Shown here in pieces: positions 8,812 through 18,570 of a stretch of 64,000 bases of DNA (its first letter is position 1; each line of letters begins with the position of its first letter). The notes below the pieces were generated by a model. That model searched no databases, had not been told where the DNA came from, and saw nothing but the letters and a program-made list of their open reading frames with translations. Source of the stretch: Eubacteriales bacterium (lineage in GTDB: Bacteria > Bacillota > Clostridia > Oscillospirales > CAG-272); contig JAZNBA010000085.1 in assembly GCA_045586785.1 (NCBI GenBank), positions 18,022 through 82,021 of the forward strand, written 5' to 3'. Both the position numbers and the translations under genes were made by a program.

Positions 8812-10530
8812 TTAATGACACAGCGAATTAACTGCGTCTTTATATTGAGTTAATTTGTATTGTGCTTGTTCAAAGTTTTCGGCAGATAAGAGATAATATA
8901 TTTTTACCTTCGGCTCAGTTCCTGACGGGCGAATTATAATTACATCTCCATTTTCAAGACCAAATCGCAAAACATCGGAGGTAGGAAGACCGGTGGAGCG
9001 TACTGAGCCTGTAGTAATATCTTTCATTTCGCCTGTAAGGTAATCGCTTACAGTAGATATTTTCTTGCCCGCTATTTGTATTATTGATGGAGATCTGAAA
9101 CCATTCATAATGGATCTCATTTTTTCTGCTCCGTCATAATCGTCAAATATCAGTTCCTGTGTTTTTTCAAGAGAATAGCCATATTTTTGATAAAGCCCTT
9201 CCAGCGCATCGGCAAGCGTCATGTTGCGAAGTTTATAGTATGCAGTCATTTCGCAAATAAGCATAGATGCTACTACAGCGTCCTTATCCCGTGCGTAAGT
9301 GCCTTTAAGATAACCATAGCTTTCTTCGGCGCCGAATATAAAACTACCATGTCCTTCGGCTTGCTTTTTCTTTATGACCTCTCCGATATATTTGAATCCC
9401 GTGAGAACATTATAAAGTGTCACATTGCTTTGCGCACATATTTTGCTCATGAGCTCTGTGGTGACTATGGACTTGACGGCATAAGGCTCTGTGGGCATAT
9501 TGCCGGAACGATCGTAGGAGGTAATGATGTAGTCAAGCAAAAGGGAACCGGTCTGATTTCCGTTAAGGACTATGAATTTACCGTCTTGACCGCGAACCAT
9601 TACGCCCACGCGATCTGCATCGGGGTCTGTGGCAATGATAAGATCGCTTTTAACCTTATCTGCAAGTACGATGCCTTGTGTAAAGACCTCTGGGTACTCG
9701 GGATTGGGTTTTTTGGTGGTAGGGAACTCTCCATCCGGTACTGCCTGCTCGGGAACAATGTGAAAGTGCTTTATTCCGATTTTTGACATAATCTCCGGTA
9801 CAAGTTTATAGCCTGCGCCGTGAAGTGGTGTATATACTATGTTGAGATCATTTGCCGCTTCTTTGATACAGTTAAGATCAATTGCTTGCTCCATTACAGC
9901 ATCAAGATATTTTTCGTCAATTTCAGGACCTATAACTGTGATCATTTGGCTTGAGATGCCTTTGTCGAACGGTACCTTTTTGATGTTAGCGATATCGACC
10001 GATTTCATGTGTATTGCAATTTCAGCAGCTTGTTCTGCAGATAACTGCGCACCGTCATCCCAATATGCTTTGTATCCGTTGTATTCCTTGGGGTTATGAG
10101 ATGCGGTTATATTAATGCCGGCAATACAGTTAAGGTAACGCAATGCAAAAGACAATTCGGGGGTCGGGCGAAGTGCATCAAATATATAGCACTTTATATT
10201 ATTTCCGGCGAGCACTTCTGCTGCAGTGCGTGCAAAGAACTCGGAGTTATTTCTGCTGTCGTATGCAATGACAACCGAACGGTCTTCGGCACCGATCTGC
10301 TTGATATACAACGCAATTCCTTCGGTTGCTTGTGCTACTGTATATTCGTTGATCGCGTTTGTGCCAAGCTTCATTTTTCCTCGAAGACCAGCTGTGCCGA
10401 AGTTAAGAGACGATCCGAAGCGTGCGGCTAGCTCCTGCTCATCGTCTTTAATTGAAATCAGTTCCTGTTTTTGTTTTTCAGATAAGCAAGTGAATGACAT
10501 CCATTTGCGGTATTCTTCAAGATATGACAT
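8812..10530 (-). CDS. Phosphoglucomutase/phosphomannomutase (alpha-D-phosphohexomutase family)
   Basis: 572 aa. Active-site loop TASHNP, metal loop DPDADR, and GEESYG sugar-binding loop. Confidence 0.85.
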   Translation of the reverse strand: MSYLEEYRKWMSFTCLSEKQKQELISIKDDEQELAARFGSSLNFGTAGLRGKMKLGTNAINEYTVAQATEGIALYIKQIGAEDRSVVIAYDSRNNSEFFARTAAEVLAGNNIKCYIFDALRPTPELSFALRYLNCIAGINITASHNPKEYNGYKAYWDDGAQLSAEQAAEIAIHMKSVDIANIKKVPFDKGISSQMITVIGPEIDEKYLDAVMEQAIDLNCIKEAANDLNIVYTPLHGAGYKLVPEIMSKIGIKHFHIVPEQAVPDGEFPTTKKPNPEYPEVFTQGIVLADKVKSDLIIATDPDADRVGVMVRGQDGKFIVLNGNQTGSLLLDYIITSYDRSGNMPTEPYAVKSIVTTELMSKICAQSNVTLYNVLTGFKYIGEVIKKKQAEGHGSFIFGAEESYGYLKGTYARDKDAVVASMLICEMTAYYKLRNMTLADALEGLYQKYGYSLEKTQELIFDDYDGAEKMRSIMNGFRSPSIIQIAGKKISTVSDYLTGEMKDITTGSVRSTGLPTSDVLRFGLENGDVIIIRPSGTEPKVKIYYLLSAENFEQAQYKLTQYKDAVNSLCH

Positions 10531-10583
10531 ATTTGTCTCCGTTAGGTTTTATAGGATAAGTAATGGAGTTGTTCAAACAAATT

Positions 10584-10844
10584 TTATTTGATATTTTCAA
10601 TGTGCTCTTCCAATGCACATGCCAACTGGTCGGGGCAAGAAGTAGGCTTAAAGCCGCATTTAATGCCGCGCAGACGTTTGATAACCTCATCGGTTTTCAT
10701 TCCGACCGCAAGTGCTGCCACTCCTTGTGTGTTCCCGGAGCAACCGCCAACAAATTGAATGTTGGTGATCACATCATCTTGAATATCAATTATTATTTGG
10801 CGAGAACAAGTTCCTTTTGTAGTATATGTAAGTTGAGTAGTCAT
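10584..10844 (-). CDS. TSCPD-domain protein (TIGR03905-like)
   Basis: 86 aa. GTCSR...GGCSGN..G...L..G...........G..CG.K.TSCPDQLA pattern. Confidence 0.7.
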   Translation of the reverse strand: MTTQLTYTTKGTCSRQIIIDIQDDVITNIQFVGGCSGNTQGVAALAVGMKTDEVIKRLRGIKCGFKPTSCPDQLACALEEHIENIK

Positions 10845-10862
10845 TATTATAAAATCCTTTCT

Positions 10863-11711
10863 TTATATAACATTATTGTATAATCCGAGTATTGTGTGCT
10901 GGGGAATATTTAATTTTATAAACAAAATAAATTTCATAATGCTGTCGATATCACCGTAAAGCACAGAAGATATTTCAAACGATGATTTATCATATCTTAA
11001 TGGCATGGAATTTATTCTGTATATAGACAGATTAAGCAATGCAGAGACGTCTATTATATCTTTTATGGTATTGGTACGTGCAGATACAAAGCTGACTTCA
11101 ATGAAACAGCTATCGCTTTCGGGAATAGCTATGTGCCGCTGGAGAAGGGCATATCGAGTGACTTGATTGCCATCGCTGTTTTCTATTTCGCACGTTGAAT
11201 GTATTTTCAATTCAAACCGATCAATAATGGAATAGAAATTAGCAAGTTTTCCATCGGAGGTGTTTTCGATTGGAATAATGCATGCGTCGGCATTTCCGCT
11301 CGCTATATCATCGCAAAGCTCACCAAAAGAACTGAAAACATGTTCGCCGGTTACTGTTATGCGATTACACAGTCGAACCAATGCTTCAAGTGAATACTGA
11401 TTTTTTACATACGCAACTGCATTTATTATATGATGTCCCTCGTTTTTTATAAGTATATTTTTTAAGTTTATTTTAGAGAGATCAACAATTCTGTTACAGA
11501 ATTTCAAACGATCAGGTATTGTAAAATCATCATTTCGCAGAGGCATATGCTGTCGGTATAGCCGTATTATATCACGCAGTCCTGCTGTGCTGTCGATAAC
11601 GCAAGGAAGCTCGGCTATTTCAAGAGCACGAAGTTCTTTTATAGTAGCTTCGCGCTCTTTTAACCGATTAAGATTAGAGACTATTATATCGGAGTTTGAT
11701 CGTTCTGTCAT
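10863..11711 (-). CDS. Prephenate-dehydratase-like protein with a shortened catalytic domain plus an ACT-like C-terminus (function uncertain)
   Basis: IIPIENTSDGKL, TRY (in place of TRF) and INSMP (in place of ESRP) align in order with PheA motifs. Only about 35 aa separate the first two motifs, versus more than 100 aa in B. subtilis PheA. There is an unrelated N-terminal extension of about 95 aa. Confidence 0.4.
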   Translation of the reverse strand: MTERSNSDIIVSNLNRLKEREATIKELRALEIAELPCVIDSTAGLRDIIRLYRQHMPLRNDDFTIPDRLKFCNRIVDLSKINLKNILIKNEGHHIINAVAYVKNQYSLEALVRLCNRITVTGEHVFSSFGELCDDIASGNADACIIPIENTSDGKLANFYSIIDRFELKIHSTCEIENSDGNQVTRYALLQRHIAIPESDSCFIEVSFVSARTNTIKDIIDVSALLNLSIYRINSMPLRYDKSSFEISSVLYGDIDSIMKFILFIKLNIPQHTILGLYNNVI

Positions 11712-11720
11712 GAGGCTGAA

Positions 11721-13592
11721 TCAATAGTTATTTAACAGCTTATAACTGTCGGATAAAAACTCATTTAATTCTTTTTCCTCGAGTCTTCGGTGAGCCATAA
11801 GAGAAAGTTTGTAAATGTAATTGGCAACAAACGCAGATTTCTCTGTTTCTTCGTTAGCTATAAGCTGCTCGAGATGTGAATACAACGGTGCAGCGGTGTT
11901 GACTATTAATGTTTGTTCTGTAAGCGGTGCTGACGATTGTTCCGATTGTGTAATATACGAATACGCTTTCATAAAATCATCCATGCGGCGTTTGTCTTCG
12001 TTTAACGTAAGGAGCGCCGGCGCGGCGGTAGTTTTCAGCGATTCAAATTTTACATCCAACTTGTCGTTGCCGACTGCTTGTTTGAAAAGCTCTGCAATAG
12101 CGGTATTTTTGCGAATATCACTCTGATCCGTTAGTGCCGATACATCAGCATCAACGCGTACAAAACGTATATTTTTATATTCATTTTCCGCAGATGTGAT
12201 AAATTGAGTATCTATAAATTGATCAAGAACAGCTACTTTTATATTTTGAGCAGTGTAAAGTGCTATATATTGAGATTGCTGGATTTTATCGTTTGTGTAG
12301 TATATAGTTTTGATACCCTTTGAATCATCTTTTGGCGGCTCTTTTTCTTCTTTTCCGATATATTCATTAATGGTTGCGTAACTACCATCTGTTAGAGGGA
12401 GCAGTATACAGTCCTTTACTCGATCAAAGAATTTGCGGTCTCTGATGGAGGCATATTCTATAAATGTTCTTATATCTCCCCAGATCTTTTCAAACTGTTC
12501 ACGTTCATTGTTGCATAAAGCATTGATCTTATCAGCAATTTTTTTCACGATATGGGCAGAGACTCTTGAGACATAGGTGTTGCTTTGAAGATAGCTTCTT
12601 GACACGTTGAGAGGCAGCTCCGGACAATCTATAACGCCCTTGAGCATTATAAGGTACTCAGGTATTATTTCCTTGACATTGTCAGCTACAAAAACTTGGT
12701 TGTAAAAGAGCTTTATTTGACCTTCCAATGAGTCATATTCGCTACGCAGCTTGGGGAAATACAGTATTCCTTTGAAATTAAGAGGATAATCTGCGTTTAT
12801 ATGAATGCTGAACAGCGGGTCGTTGAAGTCCGAAAATACCTTGTGATAAAATTGCTTGTACTCTTCCTCGGTACAATCTGACGGACGCTTCAGCCACAGA
12901 GGCGATGTTGTGTTTATTGGGGCGGCAGAATCGACATTGTCTTCTGCCTGATTTTCAAGATAGATCTCGTACGGCATGAATGCGCAGTATTTATCGAGAA
13001 GAGCACGGATCTTATCTATATTCAAATAGTCCTTCTCGTCCTCGGTAACGTGCATTATTACAGCAGTTCCGCGTTCTTCGCGATCTGCGGCAGATATTTC
13101 ATAATTTCCGTCATCCGAGCATGTCCAATGAACAGCAGGGGCGTTGGTGTACGATCTTGTGAAGATTTCCACTTTATCTGATATCATGAACGCAGAATAA
13201 AATCCAAGTCCGAAATGACCGATTATTCCGCTGCTTTGCGAATTGTCGGTACTTCCTTCGTATTTGTCAATAAATTCAAGTGCACCGGACAGGGCGATTT
13301 GACATATATATCTTTTTAATTCTTCAGCCGTCATTCCTATTCCGTTATCTTCAACAGTAAGAGTACCGGCATCTGCATTGATTTTAACGGATATTTTATA
13401 TTTGTCGGAGCATTCGGTTTCGCCTAATGAGCACAAGCGGATCATTTTTGTTATGGCGTCTGATGCGTTAGATACTATTTCTCTTAAAAAAATATCTTTT
13501 TCTGAATATAACCATCTTTTTATGATAGGAAATATATGAGCAGTGTCTACTGAAATTCCGCCTTGCTCGGTGGCGTTGATGGGGTCGATCAT
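11721..13592 (-). CDS. htpG: Molecular chaperone HtpG (Hsp90)
   Basis: 623 aa. N-terminal GHKL ATPase motifs (EIFLREIVSNASDA, DNGIGM, GHFGLGFYS). Confidence 0.92.
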   Translation of the reverse strand: MIDPINATEQGGISVDTAHIFPIIKRWLYSEKDIFLREIVSNASDAITKMIRLCSLGETECSDKYKISVKINADAGTLTVEDNGIGMTAEELKRYICQIALSGALEFIDKYEGSTDNSQSSGIIGHFGLGFYSAFMISDKVEIFTRSYTNAPAVHWTCSDDGNYEISAADREERGTAVIMHVTEDEKDYLNIDKIRALLDKYCAFMPYEIYLENQAEDNVDSAAPINTTSPLWLKRPSDCTEEEYKQFYHKVFSDFNDPLFSIHINADYPLNFKGILYFPKLRSEYDSLEGQIKLFYNQVFVADNVKEIIPEYLIMLKGVIDCPELPLNVSRSYLQSNTYVSRVSAHIVKKIADKINALCNNEREQFEKIWGDIRTFIEYASIRDRKFFDRVKDCILLPLTDGSYATINEYIGKEEKEPPKDDSKGIKTIYYTNDKIQQSQYIALYTAQNIKVAVLDQFIDTQFITSAENEYKNIRFVRVDADVSALTDQSDIRKNTAIAELFKQAVGNDKLDVKFESLKTTAAPALLTLNEDKRRMDDFMKAYSYITQSEQSSAPLTEQTLIVNTAAPLYSHLEQLIANEETEKSAFVANYIYKLSLMAHRRLEEKELNEFLSDSYKLLNNY

Positions 13593-13616
13593 TTTATTTA
13601 TAATCCTCCGTGCTGA

Positions 13617-14909
13617 TTACTTTTTCTTTTTAAATATACGTTTAAAGAAGTTGCCGATATTGTTTACAATACGGACTATAAGGTGTGTTTTTTTAGGCTT
13701 TGAGGCTTCCAGACGGAATTCAGAACCTTCCGAATAATAGTCTTCAAGCGTTACCGGAAGACCACGCTTCTCAAGATGGGAGTTTACCAATTTCCGAATG
13801 ATCTCACTTATTACAACGAAGAACGGTACTCCCAATATCATACCTGCAACGCCGAAGTATCCACCCATTACGGTAATTGCGAAAAGCACTCCGAGCGGCG
13901 ATGTGCCTGTGGATGTTCCGACAAGACGCGGCAGTATAAAGTTACCGTCTATTTGCTGAATAAGCACTATCAGAATAATGAATAATAACAGCTTTTCGGG
14001 ATTAGTAACAAACACTATAAATGCTGCAGGTATTCCGCCGATAAAGGGACCAAATACAGGGATTATGTTTGTTATACCGATAATAAACGCAAGAAGCACG
14101 AAATAGGGCATATCGGTTACCCAGAAGGCCAACATACATTCCAGCGTGACCAGCAAAGCATCTAATAATTGCGCTTTGATATAGTCTCCAAAAGATTTAT
14201 GGGTAAACTTAACCATTGTGGAAAATTCGGCATAGTTTTTTTCGCTCAGTAATGCGGTGCAAACTTTGCGTGCTTTGGCAAGCAGAGAATCTTTGGATGC
14301 CAAAAAATATATTGAAAAAATAAGTCCAAATACAACATTTTTTATTCCGACAGCAATGGAAGATGCATAGCTTACTATATATCCGGAGAGTGTGGAGATC
14401 AAATTGGTGGAGGTGTTGAATAAGTTGCTTACGATCCTTTGAAGATCCACCATGTTTATATAATTATCTAAATTTCCATTTTCCTGAGATGTGTTAAATT
14501 TATATATTAATTTGTTGGTGATAGTTATTATTTTATCGGTATATGACTTGAGATTTTGCATGAAGTCATTGAATCCGCTGATTATTTGGGGAATAATTAT
14601 GAGCAATATGATAGTTATTATCAAAATCAAAATTATGTATGTACATAACATTGACAACGCGCGCTTTGCCTTAGGCTTGTTCTTAATGCGTTTGAATAAT
14701 TTTGTATCAAATACAACAACTATCGGGTTAGCCAGGTATGCAATAGCACCGCCTATGATTACGGGAGACAAGACTGCCAATACGCGATTGATCCATGCAG
14801 ATATAGTTTCATTATTAATTACTATGACGAACAATAGCGCAATAACGGCATAAACCGCTATTGAAACGGCAATTACGGTGTTTTTTTTGTTCCAATTAAA
14901 TTCTTTCAT
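13617..14909 (-). CDS. AI-2E family transporter (PerM/YtvI-like permease)
   Basis: 430 aa polytopic membrane protein. A conserved C-terminal region (IPVFGPFIGGIPA...LPRLVG) is typical of the family. Confidence 0.7.
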   Translation of the reverse strand: MKEFNWNKKNTVIAVSIAVYAVIALLFVIVINNETISAWINRVLAVLSPVIIGGAIAYLANPIVVVFDTKLFKRIKNKPKAKRALSMLCTYIILILIITIILLIIIPQIISGFNDFMQNLKSYTDKIITITNKLIYKFNTSQENGNLDNYINMVDLQRIVSNLFNTSTNLISTLSGYIVSYASSIAVGIKNVVFGLIFSIYFLASKDSLLAKARKVCTALLSEKNYAEFSTMVKFTHKSFGDYIKAQLLDALLVTLECMLAFWVTDMPYFVLLAFIIGITNIIPVFGPFIGGIPAAFIVFVTNPEKLLLFIILIVLIQQIDGNFILPRLVGTSTGTSPLGVLFAITVMGGYFGVAGMILGVPFFVVISEIIRKLVNSHLEKRGLPVTLEDYYSEGSEFRLEASKPKKTHLIVRIVNNIGNFFKRIFKKKK

Positions 14910-15120
14910 GTTGAATCTCCCGAATTATTTATGTGAATGACCAAATAAAGCGGTATGTCATCCAAATGTATATAATATGTCATTTTACTACACTAATATA
15001 ATTTATATTATTATATACCTTTTTTTGATTTTAGTCAATATATATTAAATAATTCTTGATTTTCATTTTTATATGTGATACACTATAAATAATTAAAAAC
15101 AAGCGATAAGAGGATAAATT

Positions 15121-16005
15121 ATGAATTGTTGCATTATTGCGGCGCCTGCTAAGATAAATTTATATCTTGAGGTGGTTTCACGCAGAGAAGATGGATATCA
15201 TGAGATACTGAGTATTATGCAAACGGTATCGCTATGCGATGAGATAACTATAGAAGTAGCAGATAAATCAGGCATAGAGCTTGTATGCGACGATGACAGG
15301 CTTCCCACAGACAGAGGTAATATCGCTTATCGCGCGGCTGAGCTATTTATGAAATATGCCGATATTAAATGCGGTATCAAGATTTGCTTGCGCAAGTCCA
15401 TTCCTGCAGCGGCAGGACTTGCGGGTGGAAGTGCGGACGCGGCGGCTGTATTGCGCGGATTAAATAAGATATTTAATTATCCTTTTAAAGCGGATATGCT
15501 TTGTGACATGGCATCGTCGCTTGGCGCGGATGTTCCTTTTTGCGTGAAAGGAGGCTGTATGTGCGCCGAAGGAATAGGTGAAAAGCTTACGGTGTTGCCA
15601 TGCATGCCGGATTGTTATATAGTAATTGCTTGTCCGGATGAGCGTGTCAGCACGCCTGCGGCATATTCGGAACTGGACCGCATATATGATAATTTCAAAA
15701 ATATTAATTTTGATAAAAGCGATTATTATGTTGCAGAAGCGGCTTTGTGTCAAAAAAGTCTTGACGGACTTTGCAAAAAAATGTATAATGTTTTTGAAGA
15801 GATCCACAAGGACAGACAGGATATATCCGAGCTAAAGAGTATTATGACAGACTCGGGCGCTATAAAAGCGATGATCAGCGGAAGCGGACCATCTGTGTTT
15901 GGTATATTTGATGATATGAACAGCGCGTCACTTGCGGCAGCTCGTATCGAAGCGCGTGGTTATACAGCCTATACCTGTCATCCAATAGATAAATTAATCA
16001 TATAA
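15121..16005 (+). CDS. ispE: 4-diphosphocytidyl-2-C-methyl-D-erythritol kinase
   Basis: APAKINLYLEV N-terminus and the GHMP kinase motif PAAAGLAGGSADAAA. Confidence 0.9.
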   Translation: MNCCIIAAPAKINLYLEVVSRREDGYHEILSIMQTVSLCDEITIEVADKSGIELVCDDDRLPTDRGNIAYRAAELFMKYADIKCGIKICLRKSIPAAAGLAGGSADAAAVLRGLNKIFNYPFKADMLCDMASSLGADVPFCVKGGCMCAEGIGEKLTVLPCMPDCYIVIACPDERVSTPAAYSELDRIYDNFKNINFDKSDYYVAEAALCQKSLDGLCKKMYNVFEEIHKDRQDISELKSIMTDSGAIKAMISGSGPSVFGIFDDMNSASLAAARIEARGYTAYTCHPIDKLII

Positions 16006-16019
16006 AGGAGACATTAAAA

Positions 16020-17183
16020 GTGGGAGAGATTTATAACGGACGGGGCAACGAAGCCTTTTATGACGAATATGTTGATTTTATAAACTATGTTTTCGGATTT
16101 AACGGAAACAGCCAGGATTTTAAAAAGCTGTTGCCGAAATTGTATAAAACTCAATATAAGCCGGTTGAAAACTCATATATAACCCTTGAGGACGGCAACA
16201 TACGTGCGGCAGTCGGCGCATTTGATCATGAGATATCTGTTTGCGGTGATACACTGAAGTGCCGCGGAATCGGAAATGTGGCTGTACATCCGTATGCACG
16301 TTCCAAGGGACATATGAAAACGCTTATGAATATGGCTGTCAACAACATGATAACTGATGGTGTTGATCTCTCCATACTCGGAGGCAGACGTCAGAGATAC
16401 AATTATTTCTCGTATGAAAAGACGGGCGTGATCTATAATTTTTCTATCAACAGTGATAACATGCGTCATGTGTTTGGTAAAGACAGAACTGCGTATCATA
16501 CGCTGTCCGTGAGAAAGCTCGACGCGACTGATGACGTGGCGTTGGATGCCATAAGCAAGCTGTTATCTCAGCAAGCGTATAACCCCATGCGCGACAGAGA
16601 GCGCCTTTATGATATTCTTGTTTCGTGGCAGAATGCTCCGTGTGTTTTTGAAAAAGACGGCAAATTTGCAGGCTTCTGTATTGTTGGTGATAATAAGAAG
16701 ATATTTGAGATTGTGCTCGCTGACAAGGCTGATTTTATAAACGCTATAGTTACCTTATATGACTGTATGAATGCCTCTACAATGATAGTATGCTTGCCCG
16801 CGTTTTGCCCCGAATATATAAACGCCCTTTACAGAGTTTGTGAGGGCTATGAGTTAGGCACCGAAAAGAGCTTTTCCGTTTTAAATTACAAAAACGTGCT
16901 TTCGGCATTTTTAAAGCTCAAAGCAACATATACAGAATTGCCCGAGGGTGAGCTGTCAATGCTTATTCACGGCATAGCGGGGGATGAAAAGCTGCGTATA
17001 TACATTCGCGGTGATGCCGCAAGGGTTGAAGAATATGACGGTGAGGTTGATATTGAACTTGATCACATTGATGCAATAAACGTGCTGTTTTCACCGTTTT
17101 GCCCGATTCGTGACACGCTGTCGCATTTTGCGCGCATACTTTTGCCGCTTCCGCTGTGGTTGTTTTATGCAGACGCGGTGTGA
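16020..17183 (+). CDS. GNAT-family N-acetyltransferase with a C-terminal SCP2-like domain (Eis-like)
   Basis: 387 aa with a GTG start and AAGGAG upstream. The core V.PYARSKGHMKTLM resembles the GNAT motif A region. Overall length and architecture resemble Eis-type enzymes. Confidence 0.5.
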   Translation: MGEIYNGRGNEAFYDEYVDFINYVFGFNGNSQDFKKLLPKLYKTQYKPVENSYITLEDGNIRAAVGAFDHEISVCGDTLKCRGIGNVAVHPYARSKGHMKTLMNMAVNNMITDGVDLSILGGRRQRYNYFSYEKTGVIYNFSINSDNMRHVFGKDRTAYHTLSVRKLDATDDVALDAISKLLSQQAYNPMRDRERLYDILVSWQNAPCVFEKDGKFAGFCIVGDNKKIFEIVLADKADFINAIVTLYDCMNASTMIVCLPAFCPEYINALYRVCEGYELGTEKSFSVLNYKNVLSAFLKLKATYTELPEGELSMLIHGIAGDEKLRIYIRGDAARVEEYDGEVDIELDHIDAINVLFSPFCPIRDTLSHFARILLPLPLWLFYADAV

Positions 17184-17201
17184 TTTTCTTGCTAATTGAA
17201 A

Positions 17202-17232
17202 ACCACCGGACAGCACAGTGCTGCAGGTGGTG
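17202..17232 (+). terminator. Possible terminator after the GNAT gene
   Basis: ACCACC...GGTGGT outer stem and CAGC/GCTG inner stem. The T-tract is weak. Confidence 0.4.
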
Positions 17233-17303
17233 GTGATTTGCTGTTGCAAAAGAAGCTCTCCCGAATAATCTTGTTGTTAAAATATTTATTGGCAGGCATT
17301 CTA

Positions 17304-17332
17304 TTGACAATGTTTATTTCCCATGATATTAT
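17304..17332 (+). promoter_or_regulatory. Sigma-A-type promoter of the orphan lipoprotein gene
   Basis: TTGACA, then 17 nt, then TGaTATTAT (extended -10). Confidence 0.55.
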
Positions 17333-17361
17333 ATAATTAACACAATAGCATGAGGTGAATT

Positions 17362-18408
17362 ATGGAAAATCGCTTTTTTATTAACGTTTTTGTCAGTCAT
17401 ACAAAACAAAACGAGCGTTCTGATTGGTTAAATAGCTTAAATGCTCAAAATTTAACAAAAGGAATTAAACAAAGTTCGAAAGCCTTGCTTTCTGCTGGCT
17501 TAATCGCCTCAATGTTAATGACTGCGGGCTGTAATAACACCACTAACAATAACTTAGATGACACAACAGCAGTTGAAACCACAACCGCGCCTGAAACTAC
17601 AGCTGTAAAACAATTACTTGAAAACTATGACCCAAATTATGAGTGTGATTTTATAAGCGATTTGGGTGTGCAACTTGCCCAAACTGATAATTATAAAGAC
17701 AATATGGAGATGTTTGGGAAAAGTCATTTAATGGGTATTTTAGATAGAACTAGTGTTTCTTATACTCCTGCTGGCTATTTTAAATCTTTAGGGATTAGTG
17801 ATGATAATATTAATTATAACACTGGTGTTAGGGCAGATTTAGTTACTGATGATTCTCTTTATTTATTCATTTATTCTAGCAATAATTTGTTTGAAGAAAC
17901 TGCAGATTATGCTAAATATGAAATCATAGAATATCAAAACTTGCCTAAAGAGCTAATAGATGATTTAATAAAGCAAAAGCAAGAAAGTGTGTATAATTAT
18001 GCAAATTTGGTGCGTGCAATCTCTGAAACAAGAACGCCTAAGGTTATTACTTCTACTTATGTTTTACCAACAGGGGGTGTTAGTAAAGTTAAAGGTACAG
18101 GTGAGAATATAACGGTTGAAAGTGCTGGGGTTGTTGTGGATGAAAACGGTAAAAAAGTAATCTATGCAATAGGTAAAAATATTAATGGGCAACCAGTGCT
18201 TGCAAAATCTGTTACAAATTGGGAAGACTTTGAAAAAGAAAGGCTTAAAGAGTTAAATCAAACAGTTTCTTATCCTACTCAAACCACAAACAGATTTCAG
18301 GGTCAGGAGAACTATGAGATAATAGATGAAGGGCTATTAGCCACAAATTCTTATGGTGTTACAAGTAAATATCTAGAACCAGCAAATAATATAGAAAAAA
18401 CTTCGTAA
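17362..18408 (+). CDS. Hypothetical lipoprotein (orphan, AT-rich)
   Basis: GAGGTGA SD. Lipobox LMTAGC is preceded by a hydrophobic stretch at aa 40-57, followed by a Thr/Asn-rich linker. No family motif recognised. Confidence 0.55.
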   Translation: MENRFFINVFVSHTKQNERSDWLNSLNAQNLTKGIKQSSKALLSAGLIASMLMTAGCNNTTNNNLDDTTAVETTTAPETTAVKQLLENYDPNYECDFISDLGVQLAQTDNYKDNMEMFGKSHLMGILDRTSVSYTPAGYFKSLGISDDNINYNTGVRADLVTDDSLYLFIYSSNNLFEETADYAKYEIIEYQNLPKELIDDLIKQKQESVYNYANLVRAISETRTPKVITSTYVLPTGGVSKVKGTGENITVESAGVVVDENGKKVIYAIGKNINGQPVLAKSVTNWEDFEKERLKELNQTVSYPTQTTNRFQGQENYEIIDEGLLATNSYGVTSKYLEPANNIEKTS

Positions 18409-18482
18409 GAAATTGCGAGTTTGATGTTGGTTATTTACGGGTTGACGTTGCGGACGCTGTTTGATAAAAATGAAATTTTGAT

Positions 18483-18518
18483 AAAAGCAATAGCCAAATT
18501 ATTTTGGCTATTGCTTTT
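18483..18518 (+). terminator. Rho-independent terminator after the lipoprotein gene
   Basis: AAAAGCAATAGCCAAA-ttat-TTTGGCTATTGCTTTT, a 16-bp stem. Confidence 0.8.
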
Positions 18519-18539
18519 ATTGCTTGTTTGTGGTAAAAT
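18511..18539 (+). promoter_or_regulatory. Candidate sigma-A promoter of plsY
   Basis: TTGCTT, then 17 nt, then TGgTAAAAT. It overlaps the 3' arm of the preceding terminator. Confidence 0.45.
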
Positions 18540-18570
18540 ATAAATATTGAATTAGAAGTGAGGTGTCCTT

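Noticed and set aside
9187-10591. Plus-strand ORFs of 86-199 aa inside the phosphoglucomutase gene.
   Set aside because: They are antisense to a well-supported 572-aa gene, with no SD and no motifs.
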